Source: Eledone cirrhosa
Taxonomy: Eukaryota
Direction: 5' to 3'
Assembly (NCBI GenBank): GCA_964016885.1
Contig: OZ024740.1
Location: 275,776,001-275,840,000 of the forward strand
DNA length: 64,000 nucleotides
This document shows positions 12,056 through 24,615 of the stretch, piece after piece (within the stretch, counting starts at the first letter, position 1; every line of letters begins with the position of its first letter). A program made the translations under genes and the position numbers. Below the pieces are notes generated by a model that had not been told where the DNA came from, did no database searches, and worked only from the letters and a program-made list of their open reading frames with translations.

Positions 12056-15000
12056 ATGACCTCACTCAGAATAGGCAGCATAAATGCGCGTGGCTTGGGG
12101 TCGTCATGGAAGCAGGGCCACCTGCTCAACGACCTCAGGTCACTAAACATATATGTAGTGGCCATCAGCGAGACCAGAAGCTCCGAAGCACGGGCCTTCG
12201 CACCGATCTTCGGCGGCTACGATGTGTACGCATCTCCCAACCGTCTTGGATCTGTTTTTCGGAGAGGTTTGGATCTCGCCATACAGGCCATCTTCCTGGA
12301 CCCAGAAGGTAAGTTGGTGGTGCTGGGCGTGACCAGGGGAGACGGGCAAGCTTTCAGGCTAGTGGCCGTCTATGACCCGAGAGGAGCAGGGCGGCCTGAT
12401 TTCTTCCGGCGTCTGGAGACCTTTCTAGGAACGTCCCGCTCTTTAGTGTTAGGGGGCGATTGGAACGAAATCTTAGATGCACGCTGGGACTGTGTGAGAT
12501 TAGCGGATAGGGGAGGATGGTGCAAGAGCCTCACCAACCTGCTCAGGCGTTTTGAACTGTCTGACAGGTACCGATTGGATTTCCCGAATGTGCCAATGTG
12601 GACTTGGACAAATCGCGTAGGGTCATCCAGATCATATCTAGATAGAGTATTTTGTAGGGAAATAGATAGGTCTAGCATAGGCTGTCCACAATTCAAGATA
12701 TAGTCAGCTACACGGACCCAAAATTCGTGATCTGTGTGCTTGACTTAGATAGGCTTCATAGACGAGGACCCGTCTACTGGAAGCTAAACGCGTCCTTACC
12801 AGTGCGCAAAGCCTACAGAGACCGGATTAGCGAACTAGTTAAGCGGGCGTTGACGGGGGCCATCGTCAACAACAAGTGGTGGTTTGCTCTGAAAAGAGCG
12901 ATTAGAATAGAGTCCATTAGGTTTAGTAAGGCTTTAGCAATAGAGAAAAATAGAGCAGAGGGAGAACTAGTTAGAAAATTAGACGAGGCGCTTAACAAAG
13001 GCATCGCGACCGACGTACTTGCAGCGAAATTGGCCCTTGACCAATTCTTCAATGCAAAGCACGAAGGCTGCGTTGTCAGAGCTAGGGTGCGTGCTCTCAG
13101 ACACGAGGGGACGAAAGCCGTTCAATGGACCCGAGTGGCGGAGGCGCGTCGTGGCAACAAAGCCACGATCCGGTCTTTGGTGGACCACGACGGGCGCATG
13201 CTACTCGATCCCGGGCAAATGTGTGAAGCTTTTCAGCGACACTTCGCTCAGCTGTTCGCGGGCAGCAGTGGGCCGGATCGAGGGATAGACTTTAGTGTCT
13301 ACCTCGACGGACTGCAGCGGCTCTCGGCCACTGAGGCGGAGTGTTACGAAAAGCCGATAACAGCCGCTGAAGTACGGGAGGCAATGATTGGCTGCACAAG
13401 GGGTAAATCGCCTGGTTTGGATGGTCTGCCCTATGAACTTTACGTACAGACGCCAGACTTGTTCGGAGGCCTCTTGGCGGACGTCTACTGCAACTGGCAA
13501 CAGAACGGGAGAATTCCCAGCTCTGTGAGCCGAGGAGCGGTGGCGCTGCTGAGAAAGCATCCGAACAAGGGGGATAACAGATAATTTCAGGCCCATAACT
13601 CTGCTAAACACAGAGTTCAAGATTTTGGCCAAGGTGCTAGCAAAGAGGTTGGCGCTTGTCGTTGGTGGTCTGGTGGGAGAGGCGCAGATATGCGCCATTC
13701 CCGGCAGATCCATCCACAACCTCCACCTCATGCGATACATCGTAGAGAAGGTAGCTAGGGAACCTGGCACGGGTGGGTCCTTGATCAATTTACATCAGTC
13801 GAAAGCTTTCGATAGGGTCGACCATCGTTACCTAGCGGCAGTCCTGAAGGCGGCTGGCTTTGGGCCCGTCTTCAGAGGCTGGATCGCTGCCATTCACAGC
13901 GATATCTGCTCTGTGGTGAGAGTGAACGGTCACCTTTCGGAACCGTTCAACATCATGCGCTCGGTCCGACAAGGATGTGCCCTCTCGTCCCTCTTGTACG
14001 TATTGACTCTCGAATCACTACTGCACAAATTGGAGACGTTGAGGGGCGTCCCGCGCGAACTAGGATGCGGAAGATCCGTGTCAGCATATGCGGATGCTGT
14101 CACCGTAGTGTTGTCGAACGCCAAACACATCAAGGCGATCGGTACTACACTAAGAGAATACGAAGCGGTGACAGGAGCAATGATCAACCAGGAAAAGTCA
14201 GTGGGCCTGCAGCTCTGGACCTGGAGAGGCAGGTCCATGCCGTCCAACAGCGTCGTCGGGTGCTGGACGGACGGACCGGTTAAATTGCTAGGGGTCTGGT
14301 TCGGTCCGGACCTCCAGAAGGATAAAAACTGGGACGAGGTGACAAGCAGGGTGGCTTCTCTCACCCAGAAATGGGCGGAGAGGAAGCTATCCCTGAGAGG
14401 TCGAGCGGAGGTGGCTAACGCGTACATCGCGTCCGTCATCTACTACCGCCTGACCGTCGTACCTTGTCCTAAGCCCCGCTTGAATGCGCTGGAGCGTTTG
14501 CTCTTTCGCTTTTTGTGGAAGGGACGCGCTCCGATGGTCAGGCGGTCCATCTGCTGTCAACACCTTACGTGGAGGGCTGGGCATGCCGTGGCTGATGATG
14601 CGCAGACACTCGCTCAGGCCACGAGATCTCCACCTCTTCCTCGACGGTGATCAGGTGTGGTCGCCGTTTGCTAGACGCGTCTTTCTCCAGCTCGTCTCCT
14701 TGACGGAGCTGCAGTCCTGGGTCAAGCGAACACCGAGAGGGAGCGCTTGGAGACTGGAATGTCTTCAGGCCCTCACAGCCCTCGACCAATCGGGCAATGT
14801 GATCGGTGGAAACTCCACCTTGGCGTTCTATAGTGCATTAATGGAGGGGAAGAGCGACGATGTACTTGGGGGAAACTCTAGGCGTCGACGAAAATCAACT
14901 AGTCAATCTCTTCGGAAGAACTTTCGGGCCGGGGCCTATGGACAATTTCCAAAAATCCCTAGCCTGGCAGTGCTACCGAGGAACTTTGCCAGTTCGGGAT

Positions 15001-15453
15001 AAACTCTACAGGCATGGAGGTGCCGTCAGCCGGGCATTTCCGAGATGCACGCAGGGCGACGAAACCGTCCTGCACGCACTCGTCCAGTGTCCGAGCATTG
15101 CTGACTTGTGGGTTTATGTCGAACACCTGCTGTCGCGTGTAGGACGGATCCAGCTATCAGCTGAGTCCATCGTGAGGATTGCCTTGCCCTCTTCCTATAG
15201 GCGGGAAGGGCAGGCAGTTTTAATTTGTCTGGTGGCCATGGCGAAAGAGATTGTATGGTGGACATGTTTGAAAGGGCTGAAGACGAGCACTTACCTCTTC
15301 GATGATGCCCTGATTAACTTTTTCAAATTTCATTTGAAAAGGAAAATCAGGGTAGAGAGGGAAGTGCTCTCTTCCCAGCATTTTGTTGAAAGATGGGTGA
15401 GAGAGGCAAGAATGGCCCGAGTGAATGAGCCTACTCTGAGTATGTGTCTGTAA
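12056..15453 (+). pseudogene. Tx1/L1 ORF2 (APE endonuclease, reverse transcriptase, zf-RVT), disrupted
   Basis: SINARGL, ISETR, GGDWN, SYLDR (endonuclease); YWKLN, KSPGLDGLPYE, FRPITLLN, KAFDRV, VRQGC, YADA (YADD mutated); C-terminal FPRC..ETVLHALVQC; at least 4 frame breaks near 12703, 13584, 14570 and 14870. Confidence 0.93.
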
Positions 15454-17342
15454 ATTAAAGGTGGAAAACTGGGAGAGGGCACTTGCCCTGGTGGTCAGGG
15501 TCACTATGGCTTTTTAATGGGCTTTCTCCACGAATGTCCCTCAGAAGTCTCCCCCCTATTATTACATCCTCTGTTTTTTGTTTTTTTACACGCAGAAATG
15601 CCCTTTTGTACCGTCCTGTATTGTCTTGTACAGTCCTTAATGTCTACTTTGTGTAAACCCTTGTGGTTAATAAAGAAAGCATTATTTCGGATTACTATTA
15701 TTATTTTTATCATTTGCTGTTGTTCTTAACGCCATTGTTATAATTTTCTTGTTTTTTTCACCTTTAATTTATGCAAGAAAGTCAACACCAGAGGTAAAAT
15801 AGTAGTTGGCTATTCTTTGAAACGAGGCTTAATCATAATTCATATATAACTTCTCCTAAAAAATCTAAAAAGAAATTGGTAAACAAAACAGTTGAATATC
15901 ATAGCGGTAGAGTGGTGTGGGCTGAAAAAAATAAACAAAATAGAAAATAACACAAACAATTCATTTGAACTCTCATTTTGTTGATAATTATTTTTTTTAT
16001 TAAGTTTTGTATTTTTCAGTAATAAAAATCAAAGAGCAAATGGTGTTTTCTTTGAGAACATCACAATTTTCTTTTCAATTGCTTCATAATTTTCTTCTTA
16101 ACTGTAATCTATTGACAACTTCTCATGGATTTGTTTTTAAGTCATTGTATTATAAAGATTTTTTTTTTCTTTTTAGAAATTCCTTTTTTGTCTTTTGTGT
16201 GTGTATACAATTATGTGCTAATATGTGTGTATATATGTGCTAGTATTTGTGTATATAGGTGATAGTATGTGTGTGTATACATGTGTATATCTTGGTGGTA
16301 GGCATTCAATGTATTTTGATACCTTTATATATATATATTTTTTTTTTCAGGTTTATTTTTCAATACTTTTTTTTATTAGTGGAAGGTTTACTCCGTGCAG
16401 AACTTTCCAGGGTTTTACCTAATGAAAGCCTGGTACAGACAATTAAGTCATTGCTTCAAGATTTTGGTTATTGTTCTTTGGAATTATGATAAATTATTTT
16501 TTTACATTTGTTAGGCTTTTCTTTCACTTATTAAAAAACAAAATGTTTAATATTTATTTTACAATTTTTTTTACATTTTTTCCAATCTAAAATAGATAAA
16601 ATTGTTCTACTCATTTATGTATAAAACGGTTGAATTATTTAATTCTTCATTTTGATGCCCTTCTTTATATTAACTGCTTAAAGGGGGAAGTGAATAGGAA
16701 GAAAAGGTACCATGCAGAATTTAGCTTTCTGAGTTCAAATCATGCTACAATCTATATTGTACATTTTATTCTTCCAGGTCGATAGCATATTATATTGGTA
16801 TGAAATAATTATCAAGCCAGCAAAAAGAACCTCTATGTGGTTGTTTTCTAAACATGGCAGCTAAATTACCTACAAATCCCTCCTTATTATCTTAAATAAG
16901 GAAGGGGTGACCTGGAGGTAAACAGCAGCACTGAAAAAAAAATAATCCTGAAGTGAATATAGCAGTGTATATGTGTTTATGATTATTAAAATCATTCTAT
17001 CTATTGATTCCAGAGGTGGATGCAATCGATACTAATCAATCCTTGAGCCGTTCGATCATGAAATGTGCATGATATGTGAATAAACACAATGATGCTCTAC
17101 TGATACCTTATTCCTATTCCTCATTATATATATATATATACTACATTAGGTATAAATCGAAGTCATTGCTGCCATATAGCCGGTACTAATCGAGTTGTTT
17201 GAGGCAATCACAAAGCACTCAATATAGCGATATGTTAATACATTACTGTCCAAAGTAAACGCAACAGTTAAAAAGTGTGACACCAAGAAAAGCAACCGAA
17301 GGTAGTGGCTATAAGAACCAAGTTTTACTTAAAACATCTTTT

Positions 17343-17427
17343 TTCTACATATGTTTCAATATAGAGCGGTGAGCCATACTACGATACATAGAAGGTATTT
17401 GTTCATCGTTCTACATGTCATCAGGAA
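17343..17427 (-). ncRNA. Type I minimal hammerhead ribozyme motif
   Basis: Minus strand: ttc-CTGATGA-c-atgtaga..tctatat-t-GAA-A-catatg-TA^gaa; palindromic stem III ACATATGT; GUA triplet. Confidence 0.7.
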
Positions 17428-17971
17428 TCCAGATATTGTTTGAAATGTCAACAGTATTACATACTTGAGATAAAGCCAGACCAATAAAGAATACATAGCA
17501 AAGTAAAAGCAAAGGCAAAGGTAAACCAAAAGCAGTATATTAAAAACAATATATCAAATGTTGTACTTATGTACATCCGTACATTAACAGACTTATAAGA
17601 TTAAAAAATAGGAATGATTACAATGTCTTTATATTATATGAGAACATATGTGTGTATATTGACTAGAAATAAGAAGGGGGAGGGTAGTTATTCATATAAA
17701 TATAATAAATGGTAATGAAAGATTATAATTTCATATGAATCCTATTTTGAAACGATATTTTTCATTGATAAGTCGACCTCCAACGATACAAAGAACCCCA
17801 TTTACAGGAAAACATAGGTAACAAGATTTTTATATAACACATCACATGTATTAATATTGCTTATAATCAAATATAATAAAAATAGAAGGATAGTTAATTA
17901 AACTACTATTTTTTAGAATTACGTACATTTTTTTATATTAAAAATAGGCATGCGTAGATAACTTAATGCTC

Positions 17972-18036
<65 letters not shown>

Positions 18037-18178
18037 AGTATGTGTTGGTTGTTTACCGACACATTAGTATACAGGCTGGAGCACTCGACGAATTACGCAG
18101 GTTGGTTTGTTTACTCCGGAGTAATGTAAAATAAGTAAGTCAAGCATGTTAAATTTGGCTTTGTTTATTATAAATTCT

Positions 18179-18231
18179 CTGCTATATATATTTCAGTGAC
18201 AGCTATTATTGGCTGTGACCTCATCAGGCAG
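18179..18231 (-). ncRNA. Type I minimal hammerhead ribozyme motif
   Basis: Minus strand: ctgc-CTGATGA-ggtcacagc-caataata-gctgtcact-GAA-A-tatata-TA^gcag; same family at 22607. Confidence 0.8.
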
Positions 18232-18430
18232 TACGAATTAATTTAGAAAAAAAGGTAAACCTGTTGTTCCACTGTCAATTCATCGATATGTCCAGCTCCT
18301 GGGTGTGTTGTTAGTCCGCCGAGGAACTGGATTCCAGTTCCTCGTAGGACTAACAGCAACTATCCAGAGAATATCCAACTGATAAGGTATGATTTTCCTG
18401 GGTATGTCTCTATTTATAAAACAAACTTTG

Positions 18431-18493
18431 TATTTTATCTGAAGAAAGCGTTCCAAAGTCTTTTGGTACCCTTGAAATATATATAATAAAATA
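18431..18493 (+). ncRNA. Type I minimal hammerhead ribozyme motif
   Basis: tattttat-CTGAAGA-aag..ccaaag/ttttgg..ctt-GAA-A-tatata-TA^ataaaata (8-bp stem I); same family at 62.8 kb. Confidence 0.8.
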
Positions 18494-18536
18494 AATATGG
18501 TTTTATAAATATAGTTTCCATTTATTTAATATCATT

Positions 18537-18608
<72 letters not shown>

Positions 18609-19008
18609 GAGAAAAACCACAAACCCTCCATCTCAATTCTACTTTTGAAAAGCATAAGAATTGTGAAACCGATAAAGGAAACAAATAAATATTCTTAAAA
18701 AGACTCCAGTTGTATTTTCGATTTCATCTTTTTTCCCTGTACTTTCATTAGTGTAGAATATCTCGTTTTTTTTTTTATTTAAAAAACCCTCATTTTCTTA
18801 TATATATTTTAATTAATAATTATAATATTGTTTTAGACACACACACACACACATATATATATATCTATATATCTCTATATATATATATATATATATAAAT
18901 GGAATAGAATGAAACGAAATTTCATTTCTCACTCTTAGTACGGCACTTACTTAATTGTAAGTATGTATGTATACGTACATACATATATGTATACAGACGT
19001 ACAGTAGC

Positions 19009-19061
<53 letters not shown>

Positions 19062-19210
19062 CAGGCACACATATATATATGCACGTATCAGTTTACCGAA
19101 CATTTATTATAATGTTCGCTTTGTTCGTTTGTAAAGAAACGGACAGCCTGATTTACGCCGTACAGTGTTCAGGCAACCACGTCACCTTTTTGTTCAACAC
19201 TGCCACAGGA

Positions 19211-19253
19211 ACGATGTACTAGTTTCAAGCTTGTTAGCTATTGTCAGCACCGT
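19211..19253 (-). ncRNA. Degenerate hammerhead motif (core CTGACAA)
   Basis: Minus strand: acggtg-CTGACAA-t-agct-aaca-agct-t-GAA-A-ctag-TA^catcgt; stems intact, G8 changed to A. Confidence 0.55.
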
Positions 19254-20049
19254 ATACCTTTCTGCCAGATGGTTGAACGTTCGAAAGTATATACTTTCCT
19301 TATGAAAATTAACGCCTGAGCAGCCTAATTTGCATATCGAGTGAGTTCAGTCGGCCAGGCGCACCGAAAACGATAAATGGAATAGAATGAAACGAAATTT
19401 CATTTCTCACTCTTATTACCAGTAATACACTGGGTAATTGCTGGCCTTTTGCCAAAAGTAGAAACAGTTATTATACTTAAGTAAATAAATAATCTATAAC
19501 ATTACCCAGCGTCTAGATGAGAAATGGTTTTGTAATTTATTTTACGGCTCTCTAGTAACATATTTTCCAAATCCATGCCAACATGGTTTTGTGCAGGAGG
19601 TCTGAGAGCTGTGTAATGATCAAAACAATTTCACAGGTGAGCCAGGAAGTATAATGTGAGGCTGGCGTCCCTGTTAGATGGTGGGCAGATTCAGTATTAA
19701 ATAATAAAAAAAAACTAGTTAGATAACTATTGATAGATCATTTCCGCATGACTCTATAGTATCATATTTCCATGATGGGTATAACAGGCAGTTAGTATGA
19801 GGCATAAATAAAAACAAAATTATGTACTGTTACACTTAGATGGGATTATAAACCATACCCACTCTATAAAAGTGTAACAAAATGGATAAAAGTTAACTAG
19901 CATCCAAAATTCTCGACAGTGTGTTTAAATGTACCTATAATTACATCTGCATATAGTTATCTTATGTATCTCATGTTGACACTTCGAACAATATCTGGAC
20001 TCCAGATGATATGTAGAGCGTTGAAAAATATAACTCATTTTTATTATCT

Positions 20050-20430
20050 AGATTTTATTATCTAGGTTTTTCGAAGATCCTGTTTGTTATTTGTCTTACT
20101 CTTGCTTACTATTATTCTATTATTGATTAAAGTCAGACGATATTCCCACTTGATGAGTATTTTGCTATTTCTTCTACCTGCTTGGTTTGAGACTACTGTG
20201 CAAATTCGCTTAACTAAATTGAAAGGAATGTTGGTTCGTGTGTGTTTTGAATGAGATGATTTAAAAAAATTGTATTGTCTGAAGTCCATAGGTTTGAAAT
20301 ATATATCCGTCTCTAGTTCTGTGTTTTGATTTCTAATATTAAATAAAAAGGAGGGTGGTAATTGTTACTGAACTCCGTGGTGTATTGGATGTGATATTAT
20401 TATAGGTGAGATTTTGTAAAATGTTCAGAT
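20050..20430 (-). pseudogene. Penelope-like element reverse transcriptase C-terminal/thumb fragment
   Basis: ELETDIYFKPMDFRQYNFFKSSHSKHTRTNIPFNLVKRICTVVS matches the PLE motif TDxYxKPTDxxQYLxFxSxHPxHxxxxIPFxxxxRICxIVS. Confidence 0.8.
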
Positions 20431-21044
20431 TAATTTAAGTTATGTCAATAAAATTTCAACGCTCAGAAAAGAAAAACGTATCAATTCATCAGGGGTACAA
20501 TCCATAAGGATAAAAAGTAAACAAATCATACATGTTATATTAATGCAGATACACGGCGTACTTAAATAACAATGGATATATGAGCGCGATGAAGAAATTT
20601 AAAATAGTTTGTCTTACACAACTTTCAACAAGAAAAGAATGAAAAGAGATATATAAAAAGGAGATGGTAAAAACTTGCTGATGCTCCAATATTAATACTA
20701 CACAGATGAGTCCATGTATAGGAATCTACATATTGCCTCGAGGAATTCCCCTGTGCCCTAAAATTCACTCAATCCGTACACTTTAAATATATATATATAC
20801 ACACACACACACACATATAAATATAAATATTAGTCTCGGCGAAGAGATACGAAATCTTGATAACCGCTAACAGCCGTCGGTTGCTCCCCTTTGTTTTTGC
20901 CGAGACTGAGTAAGTGACATAATCACTACTTTAAAACTCATAGCGAATGGTCTTCAAAATGTTTTAAAATAAACATACAGTATATTATCAAATATACTAT
21001 ACATACATCGCTATTTCAGAGCACTGATACTAATTCCATATATA

Positions 21045-22513
21045 TCATTATCTATAAAAGGCAGATTGTTGTTGTGTGTGTGTGTGCATGTTCCATGTTT
21101 ATACATTTGCACAATTTCAAACCGATTCGACTCAACCTCTGTAAGAATGTTGTAAATGGTCGAACTTAGGTCAACGATTATTTAATTCATTCAAACTCAT
21201 CCACAATTACGGAAATAATCGATAAAACTAAATACATGACGCTTACCCCTGTAATACAATCAGATTAACTCTCTCTACTCCCCTTAAAATTCGATAAAAC
21301 TACATACATGCTTACAAACTTCCTTTAGGAACGCCGAAGAGAGAGAGAAGAGAGTGAGAGGGAGAGAGAGAGAGAGGACGTTTGTTTTTGAGTGTGGAAC
21401 GGTCAAGCATTTATTTACTTCAATGACAAAGAGAACTTATTACATTTCATACGAAACAACAATTATTTAAAAGCAACAGATAAATTTATTCAACAAAAAA
21501 AATAGCGATAAATCTTTTTTAAAACCTCTCAACGAACGTGGAAGAAAGAAGTATCAGTTTATTTACTATACACAATAATATACTCTATGAGGTCACTAAA
21601 CCTGCTAGAAACAGCAGCTAACTCTCTCTCCTATCACACCACTCCCTACTGTCTTAAATTTAGAAAACATGTCCTCTATGAGGTCACTAAACCTGCTAGA
21701 AACAGCAGCTAACTCTCCCCCATATCACACCACTCCCTACTGTCTTAAATTTAGAAAACATATCCTTTATGAGGTCACTAAACCTGCTAGAAACAGCAGC
21801 TGACTCTCCCCCATATCACACCACTCCCTACTGTCTTAAATTTAGAAAACACATATCCTCTATGAGGTCACTAAACCTGCTAGAAACAGCAGCTAACTCT
21901 CCCCTATCATACCACTCCCAACTGTCTTAAATTTAGAAAACACATATCCTCTATGAGGTCACTAAACCTGCTAGAAACAGAAGCTAACTCTCCCCATATC
22001 ACACCACTCCCAACTGTCTTAAATTTAGAAAACATATCCTCTATGAGGTCACTAAACCTGTTAGAAACAGCAGCTGACTCTCCCCCATATCACACCACTC
22101 CCTACTGTCTTAAATTTAGAAAACATATCCTCTATGAGGTCACTAAACTTGCTAGAAACAGCAGCTAACTCTCCCCCATATCACACCACTCCCTACTGTC
22201 TTAAATTTAGAAAACACACATTAGACAACCATGCAGAACAACTCCATCGCAGCTCTGTTGTTCGGCTGGCATAGTCTACGCGCGTGTTGCGCAAGTACTG
22301 TGAAACAATAAATTTCAACACTTCTTTGCACAGAGATAATATCCATAGGCGAAATTACAATTGTCACTGCTGGCGCAGCTCCTGCTTCGGCAGTCCAGGC
22401 CTATAATTCATTCACCCAGTGCCTGGCAGACAAAAAAGTGCTGCCATAAAATGGGTGGTGCAACCTAACTTTGGTAACTTACTGACCCCGAGCAACGCCG
22501 GGCTTTAATGCAA

Positions 22514-22514
<1 letters not shown>
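21045..22514 (+). mobile_element. Probable non-autonomous Helitron
   Basis: 5' A|TC..TCTATAAAAGGCAGATT..(GT)n; 3' GC hairpin CCCGAGCAACGCCGGG (22487-22502), then CAAG|T (CTAG-like) at 22511-22515. Confidence 0.65.
21583..22216 (+). repeat. Tandem array, 7 x ~91 bp
   Basis: Unit CTCTATGAGGTCACTAAACCTGCTAGAAACAGCAGCTAACTCTCCCCATATCACACCACTCCCTACTGTCTTAAATTTAGAAAACATATC, near-identical copies. Confidence 0.95.
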
Positions 22515-22555
<41 letters not shown>

Positions 22556-22606
22556 ATTGAGTCAAATATGTAAAATATGGCTTCGTTTAATATGAATTAT
22601 AAATTT

Positions 22607-22661
22607 ACTGCTATATATATTTCGGTGACAGCCATCATTGGCTGTGATCTCTTCAGGCAGT
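22607..22661 (-). ncRNA. Type I minimal hammerhead ribozyme motif
   Basis: Minus strand: actgc-CTGAAGA-gatcacagcca-atga-tggctgtcacc-GAA-A-tatata-TA^gcagt; lies in a ~200-bp repeat shared with 18150-18320. Confidence 0.8.
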
Positions 22662-22806
22662 CCGAATTGGTGTGGAAAAGACAGGTACACATGTTGTTGA
22701 AGTGTGTTTCACTCCAACAATTCATCGATATGTCCAGCTCCTGGGTGTGTTGTTATTCCTCCCGGTAAACAACCAACATATACTCAATATATACTCAATA
22801 TATACT

Positions 22807-22847
<41 letters not shown>

Positions 22848-23325
22848 TCAAAATGGCGAGCTGTGTTGTTGCAATTAAGTATAATGAAAAATTAGAAGTT
22901 AGGATTATCCATCATCAGTTGTGTACTAGGCGTGATAGGCATTTCCTCGCATTAAAGACAATATACCTCGGCCTAGGGCGAAACAATAACTAAAAAAAGT
23001 TATTGGGATAAAAAGAGAGGGAGAGAAAGAGGGCGAGAGAGAGAGAGAGAGAAGGGAAGAGACACACGGGTATTTAGAGGACATGCGCCAAACGTAAAAT
23101 AGTAATTCAAAGTTATCTGTTGTTCTTGTACCTATTTTCTCGATCCCTGTTTATCAAACAAATACCTTAACTATGTGTGGGTGTATGTGTGTGTAATATG
23201 ATCTTTATTCTTTGTTGCTTCTGTGAAAGTCAAGATGGCCAATCTCTTGTTTATTCTAGACTAATCTAATGATCAGGATTCTGGAAATCATAATTATAAC
23301 GAGACAGGGGATTTTGCAACACACC

Positions 23326-23360
<35 letters not shown>

Positions 23361-23379
23361 TATATAGTGGGTATGTATG

Positions 23380-23469
<90 letters not shown>

Positions 23470-23866
23470 AGTGTGAGTGGCATTGTCTGTTGATATCCTT
23501 TGTAAAATTATTTTATACATCTTCAATTGTTTGTTTGCTTTTTATTTTGAATTTTATTTTAATTTATTTTATTACATCTCTCATCAATATCACTGATCAA
23601 ACAATCATAATAACAATGTCAGATACGATGGGATTTCTCAGACTGGCGCCACATCTGATGGTTCAATATTGCTGTTGTGCTGTGCTGTATTATGATGCTC
23701 TTAAAATGGCCCATTGAAGATCGACAAATCTGATCATTTCAATAAATAACAAGTGAAAAGTGAAGACATTCCAAAAATAAAACGAGCATAAGCAAAAAAA
23801 AAAAAGAAAGAATACAAAACAAGAAAAAGACGACAAAATGAAGCACCGACACACAACCCATATAAA

Positions 23867-23913
<47 letters not shown>

Positions 23914-24385
23914 CGGCGATGAATTAGTTTTGCGAGGTTTTTGATATGAAATCGTGTGTCGAAACAAATATTTTTATACTTGGGGAGGGTCATATTTGTG
24001 TAATATTGCCAGAATTAATAACAGAACACACTCACTGTTTGGTTGGTTTTCGCTTTTCGCTTCTGTGACTTTTATATCGGTAATCTAATTTATTCGGTCC
24101 TCAATGTTGCCATTGACTGACCAACGGTCAAAAATACAGATACAATATAGACACAAACACATATATATAGTTTATCAAAGTTCTTTCGTTGGACATCTGC
24201 AACATTGTCAGTGGTACTATTGTTTCCTCCCGTTGCATTGTATTCTCTACGCCATAAGAGTGGGAAATGAAATTTTGTTTCATTTTTTTCCGTTTATATA
24301 TATATATATATATATATGTATACACACACACATATATATGTACATATATATATATATACATATATATTTATATATATATACATAT

Positions 24386-24420
<35 letters not shown>

Positions 24421-24423
24421 CAT

Positions 24424-24512
<89 letters not shown>

Positions 24513-24523
24513 CATATACATAC

Positions 24524-24615
<92 letters not shown>

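Larger units (their letters stand above)
9889..15680 (+). mobile_element. Near-full-length L1/Tx1-clade non-LTR retrotransposon (inactive)
   Basis: GC-rich block with ORF1 (CCHC knuckle) and ORF2 (APE endonuclease, RT, zf-RVT); AATAAA at 15669; (TTA)n on the left and ATT-rich sequence on the right. Confidence 0.93.

Noticed and set aside
16380-16489. Possible terminal exon (..EGLLRAELSRVLPNESLVQTIKSLLQDFGYCSLEL*) after a polypyrimidine-AG
   Set aside because: No recognisable homology and no partner exons found; would need RNA-seq.
21583-22216. CRISPR-like appearance of the regular repeats (also 56093-56337)
   Set aside because: No unique spacers, no cas genes, and a eukaryotic context.
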